64,000 nucleotides of DNA from Alphaproteobacteria bacterium (lineage in GTDB: Bacteria > Pseudomonadota > Alphaproteobacteria > JAEUKQ01). The notes below the pieces were generated by a model. The model did no database searches. It was not told the DNA's origin and saw only the letters and a program-made list of their open reading frames with translations. Both the position numbers and the translations under genes were made by a program. Position 1 is the first letter of the stretch, and the number at the start of each line of letters is the position of its first letter. The stretch spans positions 2,062 through 66,061 of the forward strand of contig JAEUKQ010000001.1 in the NCBI GenBank assembly GCA_016794225.1. Reading direction: 5' to 3'. Shown piece by piece: positions 20,358 to 31,136 of the stretch.

Positions 20358-21503
20358 ATGATTGATATTACAGCCGTACAATCAAGATCAGAGCTTCGTC
20401 AGTTTGCAATTCTGCCGCGGTTGTTGTACAAAGATTATCGCGGTTTTTGCCCAAATCTTGATACAGAAAATATCAAAATACTGCGCCCAGATAAAAACCC
20501 CTTTTTTGCACACGCCAAGGCTCGCTTCTTTGTTGCCCGAAAAAACGGACGAATTGTTGGGCGTATTGGGGCAATTATCGATGAAGGTTTTATTCAGCAA
20601 TATAAAGAAAACACGGGTTATTTTGGCTTTTTTGACTGTATTCATGACATTCAGGTCTGTCAATTGTTACTACAAGCGGCAGAAAATTGGCTTAAAGATA
20701 ACAAAATGGAAAAAGTCATTGGCCCACTCAGCCCATCAACTGCCGGGGAAGTTGGCTTAATGACCAGTGGGTTTGATGAAGCACCAATGTTAATGATGCC
20801 TTTCCATCCCCCCTACATGATGCAGATGATGGAACAATTATCGGCGTATAAGCCCATTAAAAACCTATATTCCTACTATTATGATGTTCTAAAAGCCCCT
20901 AAAATCGATCGTTACCAGTTAGCCGAACGTTTTGCGAATTACGGTGATCTAAAATTACGACCCTTTAATATGGCTTCTATGAAGTCAGAAATAAATCTTT
21001 TGATTGATGTTTATAACGATGCTTGGTCGAATAATTGGGGTTTTGTCCCATTTACAGCAGCCGAGATTGACCATCTTGGGCAATCTATAAAACCGTTATT
21101 GATTCCGGATTTAATATGGTTCGTTGAACTTAGTGGCCAGCCTGTGGGCATTATCTTGGGATTGCCTAACTTATACCAAATAATTTCCGATTTTAATGGG
21201 CGGCTACTCCCCCTAAATTGGTTGAAATTATTATGGCGCTTAAAAGTAAGCTATTCGATTACCAAAGGGCGTCTTGCCCTTTTTGGTGTTCGTAAACAAT
21301 ATCAACGCTCGCGCCTTGGTTCGCTCATCGCAGCTCTGTTATTGGAAGCCATTCGGGAAAATGGCAAAAAACTTGGTTTTGTCAGCGCTGAACTGGGATG
21401 GGTTCTCGAGGATAATAGCGCACTAAACCTGTTGCTTAAAAATATTGGCGGTAGCTATATCTGTAAAACTTTTCGTATTTACCAGAAAGAAATTTTATCT
21501 TGA
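20358..21503 (+). CDS. GNAT-fold N-acyltransferase-like protein (about 380 aa)
   Basis: C-terminal GNAT motif-A-like block 'VRKQYQRSRLGSLIAALLLEAIRENGKKLGFVSAELGWVLEDNSALNLL'. The ORF-track start 20340 is a TTG, so the first ATG at 20358 is used. Confidence 0.5.
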   Translation: MIDITAVQSRSELRQFAILPRLLYKDYRGFCPNLDTENIKILRPDKNPFFAHAKARFFVARKNGRIVGRIGAIIDEGFIQQYKENTGYFGFFDCIHDIQVCQLLLQAAENWLKDNKMEKVIGPLSPSTAGEVGLMTSGFDEAPMLMMPFHPPYMMQMMEQLSAYKPIKNLYSYYYDVLKAPKIDRYQLAERFANYGDLKLRPFNMASMKSEINLLIDVYNDAWSNNWGFVPFTAAEIDHLGQSIKPLLIPDLIWFVELSGQPVGIILGLPNLYQIISDFNGRLLPLNWLKLLWRLKVSYSITKGRLALFGVRKQYQRSRLGSLIAALLLEAIRENGKKLGFVSAELGWVLEDNSALNLLLKNIGGSYICKTFRIYQKEILS

Positions 21504-22327
21504 CCCCAACAAAATTCTATCATGCCCTAGTGTTAGCTGGAAACCGAAACGAAGACGATCCTATCGTCAAATACCGCGGTACCGCCAACAAAGCAATGAC
21601 ACCTATTTTGGATGTTCCAATGCTTATCAGGGTTCTAGACACCTTGCTTAGCTGCGGCGAGATTCATCAAATTACGGTTTGTTTTGATGAACCTGAACTA
21701 ATACAATCATATGATCTAGTTCAGAAGGCAGTAAAGCAACAAAAATTACACTTTATAAATACCGCTGCAACACCCGCAAGCAGCGTTCAGGCATTTTTGA
21801 AGGCTTATCCAAATGGATATCCCTTTTTACTAACAACAGCTGACCACCCTTTATTAACCTCTAGTATGGTTACAAACTTTATTAAAAACAGCGACCCTTA
21901 TGCTGATTTATCTGTTGGCTTGGCAACGGAAAAGGTTATTCAGAGTACCTACCCACAATCTGTTCGCACATATTACCGGATGCGTGACGGCGGATTCTCG
22001 GGATGTAATTTATATATTATTCGCTCTCGCGTAGCCGAAAAAGTGATTGTTTTTTGGCAAAAGATGGAACGATATCGAAAGAAACCTTTGCGTTTAATTG
22101 CGCAAATAGGTTGGTGGTCGGTTATTCGTTTTCGTTTGTTTGGCTTGACCATTAACCAAGCCTTTAAAATATTGTCTAAACGCTTGGGTGTCAATGCTCA
22201 ACCAACAATTATTCCTTATGCGGAAGCTGCAATTGATGTTGATAAACCAAGTGATTTTGATTTGGCAACCCAGATTCTTCAAAATCGTCTTGCGTCAGAC
22301 CCCAAAAACAGTTCCAGGCCTTATTAA
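21500..22327 (+). CDS. MobA-like nucleotidyltransferase family protein
   Basis: N-terminal 'ALVLAGNRNED...' matches the NTP-transferase (NTP_transf_3-like) glycine-rich loop. Overlaps the upstream gene by 4 nt. Confidence 0.55.
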   Translation: MTPTKFYHALVLAGNRNEDDPIVKYRGTANKAMTPILDVPMLIRVLDTLLSCGEIHQITVCFDEPELIQSYDLVQKAVKQQKLHFINTAATPASSVQAFLKAYPNGYPFLLTTADHPLLTSSMVTNFIKNSDPYADLSVGLATEKVIQSTYPQSVRTYYRMRDGGFSGCNLYIIRSRVAEKVIVFWQKMERYRKKPLRLIAQIGWWSVIRFRLFGLTINQAFKILSKRLGVNAQPTIIPYAEAAIDVDKPSDFDLATQILQNRLASDPKNSSRPY

Positions 22328-22388
22328 GCGCAAACCATGCCTTGAACAATCTCTTTTATAAAAGCCTAAATTAGTATAATATTAGCTT

Positions 22389-23126
22389 TTATTTTTTGCG
22401 TCCCCAATTTTTAACCAATATCTCTGCTTTGGTTAAATCTGCTGGGAAATCAACTTCCCCCCATTGTAGCCCATGAATCAGACATGTTTCAACAGTTTTA
22501 CGCTGTGCGATGAGACCGATGATACGCAAATACCACCATTTCAATCCTTCTTGGCTGCGCATACTTTGATCTACCTGACTGCTAAAATCAACACCTCCCT
22601 GGCCACGAAACAGCAACATGCCAATTGATTCGGCATTAACCTGGTCTAACGGTAATGTTTTACCTATTTCCAACAAACGGCTACCTTGGCGTTTAACTTT
22701 CATGTCATCTGCATCATAGGAATCCTTGGTATCAACCGTAACCGTAATATCAGACTTCGGGTTATTTAAAAGGCGTCGTGCGACCTCGATTTCAAAAAGG
22801 GTATCCCCGTTAACAATCATAAAATCTTCTGTCATTTCAGATCTTGCCAACCAACAGCTGCCTAAATTATCAGCTACTTTGTAAAATGGGTTAAATAAGG
22901 TGCGAATCTGAACGCCAGGATACTGTATTTTCTTCAATTGGGCTTCTACCTCTTCGGCAAAAAACCCAACAACGATAACAAAATTTTTAACACCTGCTTG
23001 AACCAAATGGTCTATTTGCCACTCAAGCAAAGTTTTACCGCCAATAGGCAGCAAACATTTTGGTTTTTTTTCGGTTAACGGTAAAAGCCTTGAACCCTGT
23101 CCAGCGCTTAAGATAATTGCTTTCAT
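22389..23126 (-). CDS. sugar/alcohol-phosphate nucleotidyltransferase (LicC/IPCT-like cytidylyl/guanylyltransferase fold)
   Basis: 'MKAIILSAGQGSRLLPLTEKKPKCLLPIGGK' is the classic NTP_transferase N-terminal motif. The start is trimmed to this Met. Confidence 0.7.
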   Translation of the reverse strand: MKAIILSAGQGSRLLPLTEKKPKCLLPIGGKTLLEWQIDHLVQAGVKNFVIVVGFFAEEVEAQLKKIQYPGVQIRTLFNPFYKVADNLGSCWLARSEMTEDFMIVNGDTLFEIEVARRLLNNPKSDITVTVDTKDSYDADDMKVKRQGSRLLEIGKTLPLDQVNAESIGMLLFRGQGGVDFSSQVDQSMRSQEGLKWWYLRIIGLIAQRKTVETCLIHGLQWGEVDFPADLTKAEILVKNWGRKK

Positions 23127-23312
23127 ATGCAATGGTTTCCCAATATGTCTGTGAAAATACCGGCACAGCATGATCAAAATGCCATAAGAAGTCAACCGCC
23201 CTCTATCAAGCATGGCTTACCCCCTAAAGAAATAACCCGGCAAGAAAAATTTTTCTGCCGGGCTTTATCATTTACCTGTGTAACTTATCTGTGTGTAAAA
23301 ATGTCAAATTTT

Positions 23313-24320
23313 CTATTTTACAACAACTGTTTGCAAATGGTGCTGAAACAAATTGCTTGACGTATGATCGCGCCGCCAAGCATTTTTAACACGCTCGACT
23401 TGTCCGCTACCCATAGACACAACATTAGCATTAGAAAATGTCTGGCTTTTACCAGAAATATTACCCCCAGCGCTATTTAAAAATGCCTTAACATGTTTCT
23501 GCTCGGTCATTGATTTGAGTGTTACGATGTAACCCGATAATTGTTGTTTGATTCCTGTTACCTCTAAAGCAACCACACGCTGATCTTCAATTGGTTCGGT
23601 ACCAATAACAATACCCACCCCAAAACCACCGGCAACTGCATGACAAACAGCATCCCTACTACCCATCTGCATAGTGGGTTGTACTATTTTATCATTACTT
23701 TGCAGTTCCTGATCAATAATGGTTTGAATAATCGATCCCTGATCGTAAATTAAATTGGTAATATTAACCAAATCCGCAATGGAAATTGTTTTTTGTTTTG
23801 AAAGGCTATGATGTCTGGGCAACAGTACCATTAATTTTTGTTCATCGAGTGCCTGAACATGTAGGCGACTATCCTGGGTTGGCGTAGCGGTTATAAAAAC
23901 ATCAATACCGCTGTTAAATAACTCGCGATAACCAGAATCGGTTGAGAATTGATTAAAAGACAAAAAACTACCTGGGTGTTGTGATAACCAACGTGTTACT
24001 AGCCCACTTGCAACTGATTGACAATCGCTACCTATTTTCAGTTTTTCTTGCCCAACTGTGGCACTTTTATTTTTTAAAAACAAATGGACTTGCTCTTCCA
24101 TTTTAAAAATCCGCTGGGTCATTTGAAAAAGTTGTTCCCCCATCTGGGTTGGAATAACCCCACGTCCGCGTCTGGCAAAAAGTTTGGTTCCATAATCGCG
24201 CTCAAGCGATTTTACCTGAATTGTAATTGCTGGCTGGGTCAAGCCCAGACGTAGTCCAGCTTTTGAAAAACTTCCTTCGCGAACAACGGCGTCAAATGCT
24301 TTTAATTGTGTATGATTCAT
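23313..24320 (-). CDS. LysR-family transcriptional regulator
   Basis: N-terminal HTH 'LKAFDAVVREGSFSKAGLRLGLTQPAITIQVKSLE'. About 335 aa. Confidence 0.85.
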   Translation of the reverse strand: MNHTQLKAFDAVVREGSFSKAGLRLGLTQPAITIQVKSLERDYGTKLFARRGRGVIPTQMGEQLFQMTQRIFKMEEQVHLFLKNKSATVGQEKLKIGSDCQSVASGLVTRWLSQHPGSFLSFNQFSTDSGYRELFNSGIDVFITATPTQDSRLHVQALDEQKLMVLLPRHHSLSKQKTISIADLVNITNLIYDQGSIIQTIIDQELQSNDKIVQPTMQMGSRDAVCHAVAGGFGVGIVIGTEPIEDQRVVALEVTGIKQQLSGYIVTLKSMTEQKHVKAFLNSAGGNISGKSQTFSNANVVSMGSGQVERVKNAWRRDHTSSNLFQHHLQTVVVK

Positions 24321-24591
24321 GATTTAGCCTCTTCTATTTTTATTTATTATTTTTTTGAAGGCCTTGTCCCCCTGGAAAACTCTAGTTTTTTGGGACTCCG
24401 CTCAACTAGCTTCGACTAAGTTATAATGTATTACATCAGAAAATACAACTAAAAATATATATTTTAATGATTTTTACAACTTTTAATATATATTAATTGT
24501 TTAAGTTATTGATTATAAACAATTAAATATTTATGGAAGTTTTTCTTGCCACTGAAAAATATTTTTTGTATAAAGTTGATAATTGTCATGT

Positions 24592-24666
24592 TCCTCGGTA
24601 GCTCAGTGGTAGAGCAAGCGGCTGTTAACCGCTTGGTCGCTGGTTCGAATCCGGCCCGGGGAGCCA
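24592..24666 (+). tRNA. tRNA-Asn (anticodon GUU)
   Basis: TCCTCGGTAGCTCAGTGGTAGAGCAAGCGGCTGTTAACCGCTTGGTCGCTGGTTCGAATCCGGCCCGGGGAGCCA. Anticodon loop CTGTTAA. Followed by a T-run. Confidence 0.9.
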
Positions 24667-24954
24667 TTTTTTTATCTGCCCTAATCTGCACATGTTTATT
24701 TGCTAAACCAAATAATTCTTAAGTTTTTGGTTATTCACTTTAGATAAAAGCTATAAATTTGAATGTCTGGGTCTGGCTTTATGTAGCCATAACCGCCGGC
24801 TAGTCCTGCCTACTTAGGCGATGTGTTCATGTAGAATCTAGCGAATATGGCACAACCATCAGTTGTGTTGTCAGTGCTTTTTATTGTATGGGCTTTCAAT
24901 AAAACTTGGTATATAATAGGGCATGACTATGCTAGAAAAACAAAGGATCAACTA

Positions 24955-26328
24955 ATGCTTGAAACGTTTTGGGTTAAAGCCAATCGCCATTTCACTACTT
25001 TCATTGGCTGTCTTATTCTATTGTTATTAACCCAACATGCTACGGCACAATCATCAAACCCTGTTTTTATCCGTGACGCCGAAATAGAACAGCTGGTTTC
25101 AAATTATGCAAAACCCATTTTCCGTGCGGCAAATTTACCAGCAGATAATATACCAATTTATATCATTGCCGATGACACTCTTAACGCTTTTGTAACATCT
25201 GGCCGTGGCGTTTTTATTAATATGGGGCTATTAATTCGCAGCCGCAGCCCTAACCAAGTTATTGGCGTTATCGCCCACGAAACTGGACATATTTTAGGGG
25301 GACATTTTGCCCGCCTTGAAGATAAACTTAAAAAAGCCACTTTAGAACAGATTTTAGGCTTTATTCTTGGGATTGCGGCGGGGGCAGTTGCAAATGACCC
25401 TAATGTCACAGCTGCTGTTATAGCATTTGTTAATAGTACAGGCCAATTATCTTTATTATCATTCAGTCGCGGACAAGAAGCTTCTGCTGATCAGGCTGCC
25501 TTAAGCTTGCTCGATAAAACAGGACAATCATCGCGTGGATTGCTCGAGTTTTTTGAAATTATGCAACAACAGGAACGGTTGATCGGCTTTCAAATTGACC
25601 GCTACCTTAGCACGCACCCCTTAACAGCTGAACGCATTCGTACGGTACGTGATCATGTGGCTAAATCCCCCTTCGCTAATCGTTTAGATCCGCCCGAGTT
25701 GGTTCTATCTCATCAACGGATGCAAGCAAAACTAATTGGTTATTTTTATCCCTTGTCTCAGGTTTTAAGCATATATCCAGAAACTGACCAAAGTCTTGTC
25801 GCGCGTTATGGACGGGTTTTTGCCTACTACAAAACCAAACAGATTGATAAAGCTATGTCGATTCTGGACGGACTGTTGAAAGAATACCCTAATGACCCAT
25901 TTTTTTACGAATTCAAAGGGCAAATGCTACTTGAATCAGGCAAGGTTGAAATTGCTGTTGCTGCTTATCAACAAGCTGTACGCTTAGCTCCTAATTTATA
26001 TTTGATTCGTTATGATCTAGCTAGGGCTATGCTTGCAGCAAACGACCCAACCTTATTAGCAGACGCAATAAAAAATATTGAGGGATTTTTACAAAATGAG
26101 CCAAGAAACGCACAAGGATGGAGGCAGCTAGCTATCGCCTACGGTAAGAAAGGTGATCAGGGTATGACATCCCTGGCAATGGCCGAGTATGCTGTTAATA
26201 GTGGTAAATATCAAGAAGCTATTAGGCATGCCGAAAAAGCCACAAAAATTTTGCCCTACGGTTCACCCAAATGGCAACGCGCCGATGACATACAGAATTT
26301 TGCACGTACGATGATCAAGCAACGCTAG
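24955..26328 (+). CDS. M48-family zinc metalloprotease with C-terminal TPR repeats (BepA-like periplasmic protease/chaperone)
   Basis: HEXXH 'IAHETGHILGGH'. Signal peptide. C-terminal TPR repeats. The start is taken at the Met preceding the signal peptide. Confidence 0.75.
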   Translation: MLETFWVKANRHFTTFIGCLILLLLTQHATAQSSNPVFIRDAEIEQLVSNYAKPIFRAANLPADNIPIYIIADDTLNAFVTSGRGVFINMGLLIRSRSPNQVIGVIAHETGHILGGHFARLEDKLKKATLEQILGFILGIAAGAVANDPNVTAAVIAFVNSTGQLSLLSFSRGQEASADQAALSLLDKTGQSSRGLLEFFEIMQQQERLIGFQIDRYLSTHPLTAERIRTVRDHVAKSPFANRLDPPELVLSHQRMQAKLIGYFYPLSQVLSIYPETDQSLVARYGRVFAYYKTKQIDKAMSILDGLLKEYPNDPFFYEFKGQMLLESGKVEIAVAAYQQAVRLAPNLYLIRYDLARAMLAANDPTLLADAIKNIEGFLQNEPRNAQGWRQLAIAYGKKGDQGMTSLAMAEYAVNSGKYQEAIRHAEKATKILPYGSPKWQRADDIQNFARTMIKQR

Positions 26329-26626
26329 CAAATATAACCTAGGAATAAGACAAACAACAACATTATAGAATAAATTAAAGCTATTCTGGCAACGAATATT
26401 TTAGGCACATGCCATGTTTTTTCCTAAAGACTTTCTTGTTGTTGGCAGAGTGCAAACTTAGACCCAATTATAGCTCTTAGGACAGATAATAGAATTCTTG
26501 CCAATATTAAATCTTCATTTTACCAACTGTGCGGGTAAAATAAGTGGTGTGTCGTGTTAATAAGTTTGTTTATTTTGATCGTTTAATGATAAAGTATTCT
26601 TCATAATAATTATTCCGAGGTTATCA

Positions 26627-27385
26627 ATGAAAGGTTTATGTATTCGTCTGTTATTGCTGCTGCATGTTTTTATTACTATCTTTTTCGATATATCTCCTGC
26701 CAACGCCGACGTTTTTAATCAAGCCCAACGCAGTGAAATTGAAAAATTAATTAAGCAGTACTTAATCGAAAATCCTGAAATTGTTGTTCAAGCCTTGGAA
26801 GAAATGCGGCAGCGGCAGCAAAAACTTGAAGAAGAACGGGTCAGGCAGGAGATTAAGCGTCATTCGGCAGATTTGTTTTCAAGTGCAACATCACCCATTC
26901 TTGGTAACAATAGTGGCAAAATTAATCTTGTCTTTTTCTTTGACTATCAATGTACTTATTGCAAACAGATTGCAGGGACATTAATTGATCGTTTAAAACA
27001 AGAACGTGACGTCAAGTTGATAATGAAAGAATTACCCATTTTAGGCCCCGAATCTTTTATGATGGCACAAGCAGCCCTTGCTGCGCGCAAACAGGGAAAA
27101 TATGAAGTTTTTCATATGGCCCTTATGGCTAGCCGTTCGCGTTTATCATCGGAACAAGTGCAAAAAATTGCCGAAGGACTAGGTTTGAACCTTAAACAGT
27201 TAAGCCAGGATATGCAAAGCCTTGAAGTTTTGCAGGAGCTGGATAAAAATAGGTCTTTGGCAACGATTCTTAACATTCACGGAACACCAGCCTTTATTGT
27301 AGGTTCACAACTTGTTGTTGGTGCGCCGGAACCGGATGATTTAATTAAAGCCTTAAAAGAATTAGCACGCCCAGTAAATCGCTAG
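26627..27385 (+). CDS. DsbA-family thiol:disulfide oxidoreductase
   Basis: Signal peptide. Thioredoxin-fold CxxC active site 'FDYQCTYCKQ'. Confidence 0.8.
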   Translation: MKGLCIRLLLLLHVFITIFFDISPANADVFNQAQRSEIEKLIKQYLIENPEIVVQALEEMRQRQQKLEEERVRQEIKRHSADLFSSATSPILGNNSGKINLVFFFDYQCTYCKQIAGTLIDRLKQERDVKLIMKELPILGPESFMMAQAALAARKQGKYEVFHMALMASRSRLSSEQVQKIAEGLGLNLKQLSQDMQSLEVLQELDKNRSLATILNIHGTPAFIVGSQLVVGAPEPDDLIKALKELARPVNR

Positions 27386-27553
27386 AGACTATTGGTCGTT
27401 GGTCTCGTAATAATTTCTAGTTAACGTATGTTTTTGGTGTTGTTATTCTAGAACAACTTGCTTGCTGTTAAAAGTTACAGTATTGATGTGTATTGATTGA
27501 TAATAAACATTTTGGGGTGATAGATTGATTGGAATTTCCAAGAAGGATAAGAA

Positions 27554-28024
27554 ATGGTAGCAAAAAAATTTGATGTTGATGTGAATCTTGTCAAGAAATT
27601 AGCTAAATTGCTTGATGAAAGTAATTTAGGAGAAATTGAATATGAAAAAGGTGATGAAAGAATACGCCTTAGTAAAAATAGCTCAGCCATATTCCAATCT
27701 TCACCACCTGTCTCCCACAACATATCAAACATGTCTGGTACAGGTAACACTAAACCCGCCGAGCAAAAAAATACTTCAAATGCTTCAACCGAGGGTTCTA
27801 TACCATCACCAATGGTAGGCACAGCATATTTATCATCCCAACCAGGTTCTGCACCCTTTGTTAGCGTTGGTGACCGGGTTAACAAGGGGCAAACGATCTT
27901 GATTATTGAAGCCATGAAGGTTATGAACCCAATCCCGGCCCCCCAAAGTGGCATTGTTCAATCGATCCTTATTCATGACGGACAGCCAGTAGAATTTGGT
28001 CAGTCACTGATGACAATTGTTTAA
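27554..28024 (+). CDS. accB: acetyl-CoA carboxylase biotin carboxyl carrier protein AccB
   Basis: Biotinyl-lysine motif 'EAMKVMN'. Pro/Ala-rich linker. Followed by accC. Confidence 0.9.
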   Translation: MVAKKFDVDVNLVKKLAKLLDESNLGEIEYEKGDERIRLSKNSSAIFQSSPPVSHNISNMSGTGNTKPAEQKNTSNASTEGSIPSPMVGTAYLSSQPGSAPFVSVGDRVNKGQTILIIEAMKVMNPIPAPQSGIVQSILIHDGQPVEFGQSLMTIV

Positions 28025-28034
28025 AGGGGTTTGA

Positions 28035-29381
28035 ATGTTTAAAAAAATCCTAATTGCTAACCGTGGGGAAATTGCCTTACGAATTTTAAGAGCCTGTCGC
28101 GAGATGGGTATTCAAGTAGTTGCGGTACATTCAAGCGCTGACGCCACAGCCAAACATGTTTTATTAGCAGATGAAGCCGTTTGTATTGGCCCAGCCTTGG
28201 CAAAAGACAGCTACCTTAACATGCCAGCAATTATCTCGGCCGCCAGTATTACTGGGGCTGAAGCTATTCACCCGGGTATTGGCTTTTTATCACAAAATGC
28301 AAAATTTGCTCAAATGGTTGAAGAACACGGTTTTGTATTTATTGGCCCATCTGCTGAACATTTATCGCTGATGGGTGATAAAGTAAAAGCCAAGGAAGCC
28401 GCACAAAAATTTGGTCTTCCAATTGTTCCTGGTTCAGATGGCGCTGTACATGATGATGCGCAAGCAATAAAAATTGCAGAAAAAATCGGTTACCCTGTTT
28501 TGGTTAAAGCCGCGGCAGGCGGTGGGGGTAAGGGTATGAAGGTTGCTCATTCCAGTAAAGATATGATTATGGCTTTAAGCTTGGCGCGCGCCGAAGCTAA
28601 AGCCAGTTTTGGCAATGATACCGTCTATTTAGAAAAATACTTATCACACCCACGACATATCGAAATACAGGTTTTAGCAGACAATCACGGCAACGTTGTC
28701 CATCTGGGGGAACGGGATTGCTCATTGCAACGCAGACACCAAAAACTGCTTGAAGAAGGCCCATCACCTTGTTTAAATACTGATGAACGCAATAAACTTG
28801 GTGAATTAGTATGCAAAGCCATGCGTAAAATGGGGTACCGTAGTGTTGGAACCGTTGAATTTTTATACCAAGATGGACAGTTTTATTTCATTGAAATGAA
28901 TACACGCTTGCAGGTTGAGCATCCAGTAACCGAAATGATTACTGGGATTGACCTTGTGCGCGAACAAATTCTGGCAGCGGCCGGCGAGAAACTATCTTTC
29001 AATCAGCAAGATATTCGCTTTCACGGCCATGCTATCGAATGCCGTATTAATGCCGAAGACCCAGAAAACTTTCAACCATCACCAGGACTGGTTAAAGATT
29101 TTCATGCCCCAGGTGGTCTTGGTGTGCGCGTTGACTCGGCAATATATGCTGGATATACCGTTCCTCCCCATTATGACAGTTTGGTTGCCAAGGTTATTGT
29201 ACATGGGCGTAATCGCCAGGAGGCAATAATGCGGCTGCGTCGGGCGCTTGAAGAATTACATATTGGAGGCATTAAAACAACTGCCGCACTTCACCGCCGC
29301 CTTGTTGCAGCGGCTGACATTGTGAACGGTACCTATGATATCCGCTGGCTTGAAAATTTTGTTGCTGAGACCAGTGCCTAA
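28035..29381 (+). CDS. accC: acetyl-CoA carboxylase biotin carboxylase subunit AccC
   Basis: ATP-grasp biotin carboxylase hallmarks ('[10 protein letters not shown]', '[14 protein letters not shown]'). Confidence 0.95.
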   Translation: MFKKILIANRGEIALRILRACREMGIQVVAVHSSADATAKHVLLADEAVCIGPALAKDSYLNMPAIISAASITGAEAIHPGIGFLSQNAKFAQMVEEHGFVFIGPSAEHLSLMGDKVKAKEAAQKFGLPIVPGSDGAVHDDAQAIKIAEKIGYPVLVKAAAGGGGKGMKVAHSSKDMIMALSLARAEAKASFGNDTVYLEKYLSHPRHIEIQVLADNHGNVVHLGERDCSLQRRHQKLLEEGPSPCLNTDERNKLGELVCKAMRKMGYRSVGTVEFLYQDGQFYFIEMNTRLQVEHPVTEMITGIDLVREQILAAAGEKLSFNQQDIRFHGHAIECRINAEDPENFQPSPGLVKDFHAPGGLGVRVDSAIYAGYTVPPHYDSLVAKVIVHGRNRQEAIMRLRRALEELHIGGIKTTAALHRRLVAAADIVNGTYDIRWLENFVAETSA

Positions 29382-29394
29382 AGGCTTAGCCTGA

Positions 29395-30045
29395 ATGAAG
29401 TCAATACCTGTTGAATTACTATTGTCTGCCTATGAAGTTGGCGTTTTTCCGATGGCGGCAAGTAGAAATAGTTCAACTGTTAAATGGGTTGAACCCAAGA
29501 AACGCGGACTTATTTTTGTTGACCAATTTTATGTACCGGGACGTTTGCGGCGTTTAGCGCGGAAGGGTTTGTTTAACGTTTCTTGCAACCGTAATTTTCG
29601 AGAGGTTGTCCGGGCATGTGCGGCACCAACTGAAACACGTAATGAAACGTGGATTAATGAAGTTATTGAAGAGTCGTATTATCAGCTTCATCTTTCGGGA
29701 TATGCGCATTCGCTTGAATGTTGGCAAGGAAACGATTTAGTTGGCGGTCTTTATGGCGTAAGCCTTGGTGCCATTTTTTTTGGGGAAAGTATGTTTAGTC
29801 GTACTGATAACAGCAGTAAAATTGCCTTATGCCACCTAGCTGCTCGGTTAAAAATTGCCAATTATTATATATTGGACATGCAATTTCTAACCAAACACCT
29901 ACGCCAATTTGGTGGCACCGAAATTGATCAATCTGAATATCGCAAACTGTTGCCAACATATTTAAAGATAAAAACTAACTTCCCCTATCTAATTTCTGAA
30001 TCATCCTTTATGGGCTGGCTGCAATCAAGCAACCAGAAATCATAA
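29395..30045 (+). CDS. aat: leucyl/phenylalanyl-tRNA--protein transferase Aat
   Basis: 216 aa. Aat-like N-terminus 'LLLSAYEVGVFPMA'. Confidence 0.8.
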   Translation: MKSIPVELLLSAYEVGVFPMAASRNSSTVKWVEPKKRGLIFVDQFYVPGRLRRLARKGLFNVSCNRNFREVVRACAAPTETRNETWINEVIEESYYQLHLSGYAHSLECWQGNDLVGGLYGVSLGAIFFGESMFSRTDNSSKIALCHLAARLKIANYYILDMQFLTKHLRQFGGTEIDQSEYRKLLPTYLKIKTNFPYLISESSFMGWLQSSNQKS

Positions 30046-30389
30046 ACAGGGTGATCCAATGCCGACAATGCGGGACTGGATGCAAAAAACCAACCAGCAA
30101 ATCGCCGGCTTGAGGCTGATGCACCAAATAATTCATCAATTTCTACATAAGCTGCTGTTTCTGGTGTCTCTTCGGGAAGGGTTTTTTGACATTTTTTTAA
30201 GGTGATTAGCAACGTACCAAATTGCACTGGTTTATCAATCTCTATCTCTAGGGTAGAAATGCGGGTTGTAACTTTGTCTAAAGCCTGAATAGATGCTTTT
30301 CCAAGATTTTGGGCAGCAAACGTTTTAAAAGCACCTATGAATCCAAGGGGTAAAACAAGACAAAAAATTGTTAATAACCGACGCATCAT
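29985..30389 (-). CDS. DUF2155-like periplasmic protein
   Basis: Signal peptide. Its position next to the NDUFA12-like and MlaD-like genes is a conserved alphaproteobacterial neighbourhood. The family assignment is from memory. Confidence 0.5.
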   Translation of the reverse strand: MMRRLLTIFCLVLPLGFIGAFKTFAAQNLGKASIQALDKVTTRISTLEIEIDKPVQFGTLLITLKKCQKTLPEETPETAAYVEIDELFGASASSRRFAGWFFASSPALSALDHPVYDFWLLDCSQPIKDDSEIR

Positions 30390-30395
30390 GTGATC

Positions 30396-30602
30396 CTACC
30401 GATCAATAATTTGATTAATCAAGTCGTGAATAATTTGCCGTACCGATTGCGGGCTACACCCCATAACTAGGGAATCTTGCCAAAGATCATCCAGTACAAC
30501 GCTTAATTCGTGATAGTTTTCGTTTAAAACTTTCAGTTTTTCACGACAACTAACTGGCTGGCCATTTTCTAAAAGCCAAAGAGGTTTTGGCATATCATGC
30601 AT
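30396..30602 (-). CDS. small hypothetical protein (68 aa)
   Basis: ORF only. Tightly spaced within the minus-strand operon. Confidence 0.35.
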   Translation of the reverse strand: MHDMPKPLWLLENGQPVSCREKLKVLNENYHELSVVLDDLWQDSLVMGCSPQSVRQIIHDLINQIIDR

Positions 30603-30656
30603 CAGAAAGCACCTTTTTGAATGAAATAGTTCGTCTCAAGATGGGTTTTATCTTGG

Positions 30657-31124
30657 TTATTTTCCTCTAATCTTGGCCAATTCGTCGGATGACAAAATAG
30701 CCTTGGCTAACAAATCTAAGATATCAACTGAACCTTGAGTATATAATATAAAATTTCCTGGTTGTAACGTCCGATCTTCAGCCCCAGGCTGTATATCAAT
30801 GTAGGCTTTCCCGCCTAGTCCATCGGTTAAAATACGGGCGTTCGAATCAATTGGCAGCACAATATTTTCAGAAATTATAAATCCTATTTTTACCTGAAAA
30901 TCGCTAGGATTAAGCTTAATTGAACGAACGGTTCCAATACGAAAACCCGCCAATCTAACTTCAGAACCAACTTTCATGCCTGTAACCTGACGAAAGACAG
31001 CATAAAACTCGCTTGGCTGTTTGCTTGAAAAGGTAAACATTCCATTCGCATACAGAACAAATAACACAGCGGCCAACAAAGCTATAAAGCCTATCATGAA
31101 ATTTGCTCTGCGCGATTGATCCAT
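30657..31124 (-). CDS. small MCE/MlaD-domain membrane protein (paralog 1)
   Basis: N-terminal TM followed by an MCE core 'GMKVGSEVRLAGFRIGTVRSI'. Confidence 0.65.
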   Translation of the reverse strand: MDQSRRANFMIGFIALLAAVLFVLYANGMFTFSSKQPSEFYAVFRQVTGMKVGSEVRLAGFRIGTVRSIKLNPSDFQVKIGFIISENIVLPIDSNARILTDGLGGKAYIDIQPGAEDRTLQPGNFILYTQGSVDILDLLAKAILSSDELAKIRGK

Positions 31125-31136
31125 TATTATCCCCGC

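Noticed and set aside
24506-24691. 61-aa minus-strand ORF overlapping tRNA-Asn
   Set aside because: It is entirely antisense to a well-formed tRNA, so it is most likely a spurious ORF.
27475-27954. 159-aa minus-strand ORF opposite accB
   Set aside because: It is antisense to accB, which has a canonical biotinyl domain. It is spurious.
29985-30045. 61-nt convergent overlap between aat and the DUF2155-like gene
   Set aside because: Both ends are fixed by stop codons, so the overlap is probably real, but it carries no obvious functional signal. A sequencing error at either stop cannot be excluded.
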